Shown here: positions 26,857 through 38,343 of the stretch, piece after piece
Layout: each line of letters starts with the position of its first letter
Numbering within the stretch: position 1 is the stretch's first letter
From: Paraphysomonas bandaiensis
Taxonomy: Eukaryota > Protista > Chrysophyceae
Direction of reading: 5' to 3'
DNA: 64,000 nucleotides
NCBI GenBank assembly: GCA_965644295.1
Contig: CBFFRP010000288.1
Span: 62,001-126,000 of the forward strand
Translations under genes and position numbers: made by a program
Notes under the pieces: generated by a model
Told to the model about the DNA's origin: nothing
The model's database searches: none
Seen by the model: the letters and a program-made list of their open reading frames with translations, nothing else

Positions 26857-27894
26857 TTACGTATAGTTTATGTACTGAACTCGCCCATCTTTGACCGTGC
26901 GTTTGAACTGAAGCCCTAGACTCAAGTTTAGTCCTAAACCCAACAATGCATCACTAATACTACTATATTCAATCTCCCTTAACTCGGCCCTACCAACTCG
27001 AAACTTCAACTCTTTACTGCCGTTGTCACAATTAGAAACCTCAGACTTCACGGCCACATGTGTAACCCCCCCGTCGTCATTAAGTATACTAACACGAAGT
27101 TGAAAGTTCATCTCACTTCGACGTACAAGAAATGTTCCTTCCTTATTATTTATTACTTCCTGATTCTCACTTGTATCAGTAGAATCGCTCGCCCCACCAC
27201 GCACTAGATACTCAGCCCTCTCTCTTGTCATCACTCCTCCATAATACTCCCAACCACCTAACGATCTAGTATCACACTCAACTGGAGGTGGGCTTTCAAT
27301 TATGCAAGGGCCATATGCCGCCTCTGTGATAGAGTTTTTTTCTCGTCTAATATGAAGTGGTTCCATATTATTTATATGTCGTACTAATCGGTGAACAACG
27401 TCGCGGACAGGACATTGCTTATTCTGTGCTCCCCTACTGTGATCATAGTCACCAAACTGCTCATGTCCTACAGTCCAATACCAGTCTGTAAGGGAATGAC
27501 AACGTACAAAATCATCAAGCTCTTCATACTCCACACAAAGAGGAATAACATCAGCCTTATGAGCTAACACAATCACAGGTATCGCCTCATCCACATACCG
27601 TCTAAGTAACCGTACCCATGGTTCAGTAGAGGCTATAGGGTGATCACCCCCTGAATCAACTACAACCATAACCCCTATCGTATTATCAAATATATAATCA
27701 TGTACACTACGATATGATTGTAGTAAATGTCCTCCTATGTCCCATAATTGATATGTATGGTTTGATATCGTGTAGTTATGTATCTCTACACCTTGAGTAG
27801 GGGTGTGTTCATGGGGATAGTCGGAGTTAATGAGACGTGATATGATAGTAGATTTACCAACACCAGATGATCCGATAAGAAGAAGTTTGTTCAT
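26857..27894 (-). CDS. Ras/Rab-like small GTPase fused to a C-terminal SH2-like domain, single exon
   Basis: G1 GSSGVGKS, G2 PTQG, G3 WDIGG, G4 AHKAD; C-terminus WEYYGGVMTRERAEYLV...EGTFLVRRSE...LRVSI...VTHVAV. Confidence 0.8.
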   Translation of the reverse strand: MNKLLLIGSSGVGKSTIISRLINSDYPHEHTPTQGVEIHNYTISNHTYQLWDIGGHLLQSYRSVHDYIFDNTIGVMVVVDSGGDHPIASTEPWVRLLRRYVDEAIPVIVLAHKADVIPLCVEYEELDDFVRCHSLTDWYWTVGHEQFGDYDHSRGAQNKQCPVRDVVHRLVRHINNMEPLHIRREKNSITEAAYGPCIIESPPPVECDTRSLGGWEYYGGVMTRERAEYLVRGGASDSTDTSENQEVINNKEGTFLVRRSEMNFQLRVSILNDDGGVTHVAVKSEVSNCDNGSKELKFRVGRAELREIEYSSISDALLGLGLNLSLGLQFKRTVKDGRVQYINYT

Positions 27895-27952
27895 TGGTGT
27901 GACTAGTGTGTGATGAATGAATGATATGCATGATACACTGTTCCAAGACTGC

Positions 27953-28276
27953 TGTATGTATGTATGTATGTATGTATGTATGTATGTATGTATGTATGTA
28001 TGTATGTATGTATGTATGTATGTATGTATGTATGTATGTATGTATGTATGTATGTATGTATGTATGTATGTATGTATGTATGTATGTATGTATGTATGTA
28101 TGTATGTATGTATGTATGTATGTATGTATGTATGTATGTATGTATGTATGTATGTATGTATGTATGTATGTATGTATGTATGTATGTATGTATGTATGTA
28201 TGTATGTATGTATGTATGTATGTATGTATGTATGTATGTATGTATGTATGTATGTATGTATGTATGTATGTATGTA
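27953..28276. repeat. (TGTA)n microsatellite, ~81 units
   Basis: Uninterrupted TGTA tract between two divergent genes. Confidence 0.99.
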
Positions 28277-28444
28277 CCGGCTACAATGGCATTACGGGTT
28301 ACAGGTGCTGTGTTGGATATGTGTTCATGTTGTGGACTCTGCTCTGCTTATTCTTAAGAGCTCCATCAGTCTGAGCTCACTCACACGACACACATGAACA
28401 CCCACTACATAAAACACTCATCCAGATACATTTCTATTAAACTC

Positions 28445-30520
28445 ATGTCCTCACTAGTTGAAAGAACAGTACTCCAACAACTCCATAGCTTCTTTCCCTC
28501 TACTAACCCCCTTCTACTGGTAACATACATACATACATACATACATAACCCTTATATCATAATATACATATAGTTATTAAGTATAAGTGGTGGATGTGAT
28601 AGTATGACACTTCTTCATTCAATTGCTGCTGTACGGGAGAACTGGAAGGCCCCAATTAATACACATATCATCCATTTCAATCATAAGGCTCGTATAGAGT
28701 CTGATGAAGAGGTATCATACACAGTTATATTGTATCATACTGTTATTGTTATATATAATGAGATCATAGGAAACTTTTGTTCGTCATTGGGCGGATGTTT
28801 ACAATATGCCAATTCATGTATTTGCTTTCCCTGAGATGGATAGAAGATCGATAGGTTTCCAAGCTCGTGCCAGAGAATGGAGGCGTCATCATGGACAACA
28901 AGTGCTACGTAATCTATGGCAAGGATGCAGTGGGAGTGCTAGTATTCTTACTGGACATCATGCGGAAGACCAGGTGGAAACCAGAGTGATGCGGCTTCTC
29001 CGCGGTACGCACTTGTCTAGGTTAAGCGCTGTAAGGCTGTTGCATTCTACTGATATTTCCTCTGTTAATGGGGCACTTAAGATGCAGTCGAAAGAAGGCT
29101 TTTATGCTCGTCCGCTTATTCCTCTGCGAAAAAGTGATCTTATCGGATATATGCGTGAACGGGGCCTGGAATGGAGAGAGGACGTCTCGAACACTGACTG
29201 CAAGTACACAAGAAATGCTGTCAGATTGCGCCTATTACCTGAGATGGAAAAATCCGCTGGTGGGTGGGAAGCCCTGCACAGGTACATTTATGCATTTACT
29301 CTGGTAGAATTAAGACAAGTATCACTAGTTCGCTAGCTATTTCACAAGGAAAAGGTTGATGTTTTACCTGATTGCAGGCGATTGTTGGACTTAGAACAGC
29401 AGAGTAGACACCTCAGAAACTGGATTGAGAAAGAGGTATGATGAGACGTTTGACAGTGATCAGGACATTACTTTTGTATCTAGACAAATGATTTTATGAC
29501 TGCTTTTCCTGACTGGTTGCAAGAGTTCCCCAACTTAAACCGAGTGGAGGTTATTATATCCAATCCTTTCCGTAAACTTTCCCCCTTGGTGCAAACGGAA
29601 CTCCTCCGGATATTGGTTGATAGATGTGGAAGTCCTTCACACAAAGTTTGCGAAGAAACAGAGGAACTTGCTCCTTTTTTGTCTCACCGACAGACGGAGA
29701 GACTACTCTCTCTTGCACTTAGTGCTGGAGAGGAAAGTGGAGACAGTGGCAATGCCCACGTTCCATCTGCTCTCACACTCTCGCGAGAATTTCGTGCTGT
29801 GAAGGAAGGGTCGAAGCTTATTATTCACCGAATAAACTTAAAAACTGACACGTCAGTCACTACAGTCGACAATTTTACCTTTCAGAATGTTCAGTCGGGA
29901 CCCTATTCTATATCAATCCATCATCCACAGGTGTTTAAATATATTTCAATGATAGAGAAGATATAGGCTCACTACATTTGGTATGTAGGACATTCAAATC
30001 TCTGTTGAAAGGCACACCTGCAAGTGCAAGGTATGCGACGCGATAGATTACTCGAAGCCCCGCCATGGTTCTATCAGCCTACGTGGCGGTTCTGTCATCC
30101 TCTGTGGAATTCCCACGGGCGCGCAACTTGGTGTCAGGTATGTCTTCTCTTCATTGGAAGTTTATTGGCCAACGCATGCCGCTTATATGTGTAGATTCCG
30201 TAAAGCAGGTGACAAGTTCCACCCACCGTGGAGATCGGGTATTAACATGTGACATATCTTGTATTTATTAATTTTGTATTTAACAAGAATCTATAAGATT
30301 GAAAGACTTCCTTCGAGAGATTAGTATTCCTGTGGGTGATCGAGACAGTGTGCCACTAATAGATATGGACGGACAGGTGTGATGTGAAGTGTATTGGTAC
30401 TGTTGCATAATTTCTCTGCAGGTTATTGCAGTCCCTCCGTACACCGCTTCACAGTTTAGTTGTTCCAGTATAGGTGAGGTGGGGAATTCGTGCATTGTAG
30501 TAAAAATAGGTTACCAATAA
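28445..30520 (+). CDS. tilS: tRNA(Ile)-lysidine synthase TilS (organellar), multi-exon, start uncertain
   Basis: PP-loop SISGGCDS, HFNH, ARAREWR, LTGHHAEDQVET, RPLI, WREDVSN, YTRNAVR, and C-terminal RKAGDKF...LKDFLREISIP. Confidence 0.92.
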
Positions 30521-30736
30521 GTTGTCTCCTGTATATATTACTTATTACCACCTTTTATTTTTACATTTTGAATATACAGTGTGTGTTTTGGTAAGTTTTA
30601 CTGGACTTTTTTGTCAGTAAAACACATGTGACTTTATAATATGAATCAGTAGAACTGTACTTTGTGCATTGATTTCAATATTGGGGTCGTTTTTTACATT
30701 GTTGTAGGTTATATAAACCATGTTAGTAGTGGTCCC

Positions 30737-30968
30737 CAGGCTTGCGTAACCATTAATGGTAATGGCCATTTATTATTATTAGTCTAATTATTAGCACTTT
30801 CCATTTACTTCTTTCTAAAAAGCAATAAAGCAATAGTAATCAAACCATAAATGGTCCATTAATGGCCATTAATGGCCATAAAAGTGGTGGGATTTTTAAA
30901 ATTAATGGCCATAAAAATGGGGAAGCAATGCGTCGCCATTAATGGCCATTAATGGTTACGCAAGCCTG
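30737..30968. mobile_element. hAT-type MITE, 232 bp
   Basis: Perfect 23-bp TIRs CAGGCTTGCGTAACCATTAATGG; 8-bp TSD GTGGTCCC (30729-30736 and 30969-30976); internal CCATTAATGG palindromes. Confidence 0.93.
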
Positions 30969-30985
30969 GTGGTCCCTCGAGCAGT

Positions 30986-31605
30986 ATTATTAGCAATAGT
31001 GAATTAATAGTCAGTGCTTAACTATGATATCAGATATCCTACTGTTTAACGCTACGAATGCTATCACCACGCTCTATCACCAAGGTGCAACCACTCAAAG
31101 CTCAAAGCAAACGCAGTGAGCAAGCAAAATGTTGATATACTTGACATCTGCTGACCTCAAAATTTTTGAGTCCTTGAGGTGAACAGCCCGGATACTTGAC
31201 TTCAGCAGGTAGACCAATACCCCGGATGCCCTTGAGTCTTGAGGTGGGCCCATTCCCGGCCTGTGCATTCGTCATGACCCAAAAGACGTCTACACAAGTG
31301 ATACTATTTAGTGTTCCTTGTACCACACAAGCAGATAAAAAACGGGGAGGAGGGGACAAGGACAAGCCTTTTTTTCTACCCCCCAAACGCCCCTCAACGG
31401 GATTACCACCGTTTTCACCTGTCACAACATCCACTATTGGTATAGTAAATATTCCATTTTTGTAATCGGTTATTTTTCCATTGTTGCTGAGTGTAGTGGT
31501 TTCAAACGTTGTCTGGTTACAAAAACGGGGAGGAGGGGACAAGGACAAGCCTTTTTTAGATATGAGTGTGCAGAACAATATCTGCTGGCTATATATGCGG
31601 CTCAC
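30986..31605 (-). mobile_element. Short non-autonomous retroposon, copy 3 (5'-truncated, carries a nested insertion)
   Basis: Homology begins at GTGAGCCGC, the 3' end of the ribozyme, and ends CTATTGCTAATAAT; interrupted at 31338-31557. Confidence 0.85.
31338..31557. mobile_element. 220-bp mini-element with 37-bp terminal direct repeats and a 5-bp TSD
   Basis: AAAAACGGGGAGGAGGGGACAAGGACAAGCCTTTTTT at 31338-31374 and 31521-31557; AGATA at 31333-31337 and 31558-31562; absent from the other retroposon copies. Confidence 0.75.
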
Positions 31606-31754
31606 ACTCATAGTGGTCACCATACTCATAGCACAAGGTGAAAATATTTGTATATAAAATTACGAACGAACTTGAAACAAAGATCTTACCACCTTTAAGC
31701 TTCCATCACTGTTGAGGATTAAAATAATATACATGTTCTATTAAATATAAAAGC

Positions 31755-33549
31755 TTACGCGGTCGAAAAATCAACTATCCTAAAATGAAACAAAAAAACG
31801 ATTTATCATTTTAAAATACCATTTTGCACACTTGATCGACATTACTTGGGACACTGCTGGTTTCACTAACTACTGATGACCTACTTACTGGAGACTCTAT
31901 ACTATCCAAGCGACTATAATCATTACCACTGGGAGAGAGCTCTGTAAACGATCCATACTGCGTTTCGCGAACCTTTGTTGGAGAGATTCGGGACTCCTCC
32001 GGAATATCTTCTTGGTGAAACTCCAACTCCTTAATGTCTCGAATATTTCGCATGATACAGAACAGTAGAACATTTATTCCCATCTAAACAGTGACATATC
32101 AACACAGACTCACAGTACAACGAGTGCTACTGACCATAACGACAGTCACATAGGTCAGTACGTGCCACCCAAAGTGTGCGTATACTGTCCCGGCCGATAG
32201 ACTCCCTAATCCACTTATAGTAAACAGAAAAAAATCGAATACTGCTTGTACGTCAAGTGCTTCAGACGCCTGTCAATACACAAGACAAATGAAGTCAGTC
32301 GCTATAAGCTCTTGACGAACATCAGTTACTCACCTGATAGCACGAGGTCAACATAACTGTCCCTGACGAAAATGAAAAATTCCACGCTACCCCGATTAAT
32401 ACCATACCCACAGAGTAATTCCAAAACAAATATCCGGATGCAAACATCACAACAGCAATAGCAAATATGCAAGTGCCGAATATCGATACTGTAAACGAAC
32501 CAAAGTAAGATATAAACGAGCCTGTGAAGAACCCCGGCAAAAACATGGCCAGTAAATGTAACTCTAACACGAGAGATATGCTGAACATAGAAAAATTATA
32601 AGCATCCATACTAAGACTGAATTCGGACATAAACATGACCATTACAGTGTTTGCGACAGTAGCAGTGGTACATGAAAGGATAAAGAGTGGCTGAGTAATA
32701 ATCTCCAACATGGGACGCTTGTACTCCTCTATCCGCTCACATTCGCTTTTATTTCCATCACTATCAGCTGTGTCTATCGCCTGAGTCTTAATGTGTGAAG
32801 GGAATGCAATTGTATATAGAATGGCTTGATTGACGACAGTGTACACTCCCATCATCAGGTAGCATCCAACATAACTTGCACCGATAAGATTTTTAGTGTA
32901 CGTAGCAGACGTAGGACCCAAAAAAGCAGCAAGAACACCTCCAGATAAAACGTACGTAATAGCAGAGTTTTTGAATTCAGCAGTTGAGACGTCGATAGCC
33001 GCAAACCTAAAAGTGATAAATCATCATGAGATTACCAGGTAGGTTGTTGGAAGTGAGAGGAGGATAGTCACTCACCGATAGAACTGCCCCACACCCTACA
33101 GATAATTAACGTTATATGATAAAGAAGAGAGCACATTCGAATAGTAGAGTACCTGACCCACTCCTATGAAAAGGCATCCGGAATATAGACACACTTCACT
33201 GCTACACGATATTGCAAAAGCACAAAGTATGCACCCAAATAATTGACAGCAACATCCAATAGAAAACCCACCAAAGCGACCAAATCTATGAAATAATCTT
33301 CCAGAAGTAACAGATGATGCAGCAGCACCGATTAAAAATATCGATATTGTCAATGAAGCATTCGAACCGGATGCTCCTATAGACAGTGCGGATAGAGGCC
33401 CAACATCCTGTACGTGTATCGGATCATATAGTTATTATATATGCTATGATATGATATACCGTTAGAAATGTTGAGGTACTGAGGGTTAATGCCCAGCATA
33501 GTGCAAGTTTTATAATATCTGAAACATTCCACTGCTTATTATGTACCAT
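31755..33549 (-). CDS. Major facilitator superfamily transporter, multi-exon, 3' end approximate
   Basis: Many TM helices; GRLFHRFGRFGGF (motif A-like), QFYR/FAAVD, LELHLLAMFLPGFFTG, GVAWNFSFSSGT. Confidence 0.88.
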
Positions 33550-34257
33550 TGTAGTTAATACTGTCAGATATGCAATAGAATATGGATATTACAATCAACT
33601 ATATCATGATAGACTAGTGTTGTCTTCTCTAGTTCTTAATAAGACATATGTGATGAGATATTATGCAATCTTCATGCAATTGACTATGTGTACATCGAGT
33701 TGGGAAGACGACAAGCAAGCTGCGTACCATATGCTGGAATTTGTACTGCTTTTTATATGCACCTCCTGCTGTATGGTTGTCCAATGAGATTTTTTTCATT
33801 TGAAAACTAGAAATCGGTCAAATCTAGAAGCATCTACCAATTTTTAGTGGACTGGGATTTCATCATATGTTTTCTATGACGTACTCTGTACAGTCTACTC
33901 ACTGCTGTACGATAAGAAATGGTTCAGTTTTTTGTGTATGAAATATCCGGATATTTGATTATATATTACTTTTTTGTCCATAGTTTATACTGTTTTTTAG
34001 TATGTCTTTCTTGATATATATACACATGGCGGTTTCAAATCCTCCATACATACATACATACACACATACATACATACACATACAGAGCATGACTGTATCG
34101 CTCATATCGTATCGTATCTGCAGTTGTGAGGCACTTGTTTATCTCTCCCCCCATTAAACAAACACACTGTGTGCAGATACATATCACCACCTTAACATAA
34201 GGTTCATTTAACACACTCAGTAGAGACATACACCACTAACTAACCAACACAACTACA

Positions 34258-34661
34258 ATGGCAGAGGAACCTGATACACAGAAAGCAGAAGATCGCCAGG
34301 TACAATTCTACATATATATATATATATATAAATCATATGATTTTACTCGTTCATTACAGGTGAAGATTCATCGAGCGGATATTCCACCTCATATATCTGC
34401 TAAAGGCATTGAAAGAATTAATGAAGCAATGGATAAATTTCAGATTGAAAAGGTTTAATAGAATGACATGTGACGGACATGATTAATAGTGAACAGGACA
34501 TGGCAACTTACGTGAAGAAAAAGTGTGATGAAGATTTTGGAGGAACTTGGCATTGTGTTGTTGGTAGAAACTTTGGATGTTCCATCACACACGATACGAA
34601 GTATGTATTTTTCTTTCAAGTAGATCAAATGCACGTGCTTTTATTTAAATCTCACGAATAA
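34258..34661 (+). CDS. Dynein light chain type 1 (LC8 family), 3 exons
   Basis: IEK/DMATYVKKKCDEDFGGTWHCVVGRNFGCSITH...LLFKS. Confidence 0.95.
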
Positions 34662-34963
34662 CTGTGCGGTGACTAGATTGTATATAAGCATGGCTTTGGT
34701 AGCTTGTTTTGCGTGGCGGAGAGTTTCGTCTATCTTTTATGGTTAGCAGTATCCGTCTTACTTAACTGAAATTTGTCTCTCCGGTTTAACTACCCTGGAT
34801 TTTGTTTTATTTTCTTCTCTTACGCACCCCGTACAATACATCAATATTTTCCCATTCGTATCACACAGAACACGCCAAGTAACGCATGATATTGCTCCAT
34901 CACCCCGTCATATGTCATATTTGACATTTTTCGATAGCTTATTTAGAAATGGATTTGCTATAT

Positions 34964-35452
34964 ATTGAAAGTCTTAAAAAACCTGCACCAACTTAGTAGC
35001 TAGATGAATGCTAGGCAAACTAGTTAGACCTCTACCTGTAACTAATCAGTACACACTTTTTTTATCCTACTATTTAACGCTACGAAAGAGGCTTGTACGT
35101 CGCCGCAAGCACCAAGGTGCGACCACTTCCGCTCTGAGTTTTTAAGGTGAACATCCCGGATGCTTGACTTCAGCAGGCAGCCCAATATCCCGGTTACCCT
35201 TCAGGTGGGCCATGTCCTTGAGTCTTGAGGTGGGCCCATTCCCGGATGCCTGTGCATTCGGAATGACCCAAAGACGTCTACACAAGTGATACTTATTGCT
35301 GTCCCTTGTACCACACAAGCATTCGGCTATGAGTGGACAGAAGAATAGCTGCTGACTATTTTTGCGGCTCATGTTAGTTTCCCAGAGAGAATCTCTCCGG
35401 TACTTATCCCCCAGAACACCACGAAAAGGTGCGAGTCCGACTTTGTTGAGGG
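34964..35452 (-). mobile_element. Short non-autonomous retroposon, copy 4, full length, best-preserved ribozyme
   Basis: Colinear with copy 1 over its whole length, from CCCTCAACAAAGTCGGACTCGCACC to AAGACTTTCAAT. Confidence 0.88.
35365..35452 (-). ncRNA. HDV-like (Pr77-type) ribozyme with the catalytic C retained (35377)
   Basis: CCCTCAAC AAAGT CGGACTCGC ACC TTTTCGT GGT GTTCTGGGGG ATAAGTA CCGGAGAG ATT CTCTCTGG GAAA CTAA C ATGAGCCG, read as P1-P2-P3-L3-P3'-P1'-J1/4-P4-J4/2-P2'. Confidence 0.72.
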
Positions 35453-35859
35453 CAGTAAATGCTATTCATCTATTCTTGACCCATTCACGGGTGCCCACAG
35501 AAGGGAAATGTCATTCAACCTAGTAAAAGTGGTTGAATTTCCTATTCATACTAATTTAGGTGTTACAACCTAGTCAAAGTAACAAATGATAAACCTAGTC
35601 TTAACATATTATATATTGTACTTATACATTATATACTACATATTAAAAAAACGAGATAACAGAATTTTGTAAAACCAATACAGCATGAATAAGTATCAAC
35701 CAGTTGTAACAGTGACAGCAACTAGTGCTATATTTTTATCTTCCTTATAGTAGTACGAGGTATATGAGACAACAGATTGACGATACGTTAATAAGAAGGT
35801 TTATTAATATTAATTATAATTTACGCAATAAAGAGAACATTAATATAGGATTCAGCCAT

Positions 35860-38343
35860 TTAATACCTAAAGACACTAACATGGTCAATATCTTGGTGCT
35901 GTCCTGTAATCTGTCCTTGTCGAAATTCTTCAGATTTGAATGCAGCTTTGAGTTGTTTTTTATTCGCTCTTTTCTCTCGTCGTTCTTCCTTAACCTAAAC
36001 ACACAAAAATTTAGTGCTTAACCCGAAATAAATGAGTGATCTAATGCAGCTTATGACAGAACACGAAAGTAGATATTTAAGCATGTCATCAGCGAGACTG
36101 GAGTTCTACAATACCTTGGCTTTTCTGAGCTTCTTTTCTTCTGCAGTCTCCACTTTCCTCAACGGCTTTGGCTTTTCTCTCTTGCGTCGACTAGTTTGAT
36201 CTTCCTCTTCATCTCCACTGACATCACTGTTGCTTCCTTCCTCTTCACTACTATCCTCACCAATGTCTTGCACTGGCTCTAGCTTTGTTTTGGCTTTAGG
36301 CTTATCCTTCTTCTCCTTAGGAAGCATATACTTTCCTCCTAGGACAATTTTCTGTGTCTGTGTCGGAGTGCGGAGAGACCCCTTCGAGAAAAATGCGGCT
36401 GACTGATAGGCGTAAGAATGGTTACTGCTCGCAGCATACGAAGTCCCGCTCATAACCGACGACGCGTCGTCAGTACCATCTGCCTTCTTTGATCTTTTCT
36501 TTTTCTTCTTATTGCTTACTTCTTTCTATAAATAGTTACACCCGATAAGCCCTATAAAAAGTCTTTAAGATATACAACATACCTGAATGCGAGCAGGGTG
36601 GTTGTCAAGAGTGGAGTATGTTGACAAGATCGTCTCACAATCCCATTGTTCCTACAAACGGTATCAGCCCAGGATCATTGCCTTTTATGTATGTTACCTC
36701 CACACGCTCTTCTCTCAAGTACTCCTGGCAAGTCATCAACTCCTCTATATCTTTATCCGCATCACTTCCGTCTTCTTCAACAGCTTCTGTGCTTTCAATA
36801 GTAAATTCTTGGACGCGTTTCACTAACTCCGCCTCATCAATTTGGTCGGCATCATCACTTGTAGCAGAGGGATCCTCTCCTATGGCACGAGAGCCTTTTT
36901 TATAGCTGCTGACTCCTGTAGCGAGTTTTTCGTCCTCAGCTTCCTGAGTTTCATTCTAAATACAATCACAAATCGTAATGGGCACTAACCAACAAAAACT
37001 CATCAAGTGCCGCAACAAGAAGCTCGTTATCACCATCTAAGTCTATGTTTCCTTGCATGTGCTCATCTTCAGCCTATATATAATAGCCAACGCCATATCA
37101 GAATTTCCATAAATATAAATATAACAAGTTGGGTCGCATCAACGTACTTCATCTTCCAAATCTCCAATATTTTCATCATTATACTCCTCAAGCGTCTTCT
37201 CGAACTGCTCCTCTACTGTTCGCATGTATTCTTCCGGCAGTTTTCCTGTCATACAAGACTCACCCATAAACTCCATGCGCTTATGTTTGAATGGAATTTA
37301 CTTACCATGTCTAACCTTCTTGTCTGTTGTACTTCCTGCATAGTCTGATGCCCCATCATAGCTAGACACCTCGTCATCTTCATCATCACTCCAGCCTCTG
37401 GGAGCTACGCCACCCATCATCTGCCCCTCACTGGCGACATGTCATGAATACGTGGGCATAAGTTGCACAACCTTACCTTCGGGCGATGAGAGCCGCAATA
37501 TGGGCATCATAGTCAAAATCTGGTGTCTCTGGTTCAGCCATCGCCTGCAAACATATATAACGTTACAATACACAAGTGGGTGCATGGTTAGAAATCACGA
37601 CACCACAGGCGGTCTCAGGCACACCACAATACCGTTTCAACAAAATCATCTAATAACTCTTCGAAATCCCCTTCCTCAGCTTCAAAAAGGGCCTTTTCAA
37701 GATCTTCATCCATGAATTCTGATAAATCATTTTTATCAAAATGTCACTAATGATATTAGCTAGTCTCTCATACCATTGCTTATGGTAATGGCTTCCAGCC
37801 GTCGATCAAACTCTGCCTCCGAAGGTAGTGCATCCGGAGGAAGGTCCACTATTTTACTAGGGGGTAAGGCGCGAACACTACCGTCTCGTCCGATGAAGTT
37901 TCCTCCGCCTAGTCATTTGCATGAGGGCAACATAATGTTAATGATAAGAAAACGCACCCATTTCTTTTAAGTGCTGTGAGTAGTCGTATCCATCATTTTT
38001 GAAACCCAAAGGAGTTATATGATCTTTTATCTTCTTCGTCATTGGTGCAGATGAATCAGCTCTAGTGTCTTGTTTCTAATCAATAAACAGTCAATTACTG
38101 AATATATACACATATATACATACATACACACATACACTCTACTAACTAATCATATCACCTCATTAGCTTTAACAAGAACGAAATTTGATGGAGGAGCTTC
38201 ACCAAGATGTGCAACATCAGTCTGAGATCTATGTAAGAGGAAGAACTGTTGTCCTTCACCTTTAGCTATGAATTTTTTCTTATTAGAACCTTTACGACCC
38301 TATAGAGTGTTATGTATATATATATACACTCATTGCATACCAT
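35860..38343 (-). CDS. LTV1: LTV1 40S ribosome biogenesis factor, multi-exon
   Basis: N-terminus KKKFIAK...FFLLHRSQTD, DGYDYSQHLK, TILSTYSTLDNHP, and C-terminus ETAEEKKLRK...VKEERREKRANKK. Confidence 0.9.

Noticed and set aside
27917-28397. MYVC/YIHT-repeat ORFs (also 53663-54196)
   Set aside because: Translation artefacts of (ATGT)n microsatellites.
34950-35470. TSD for retroposon copy 4 (ATAGCA on both sides)
   Set aside because: Only 6 bp match and it is not adjacent to the 5' end; insufficient support.
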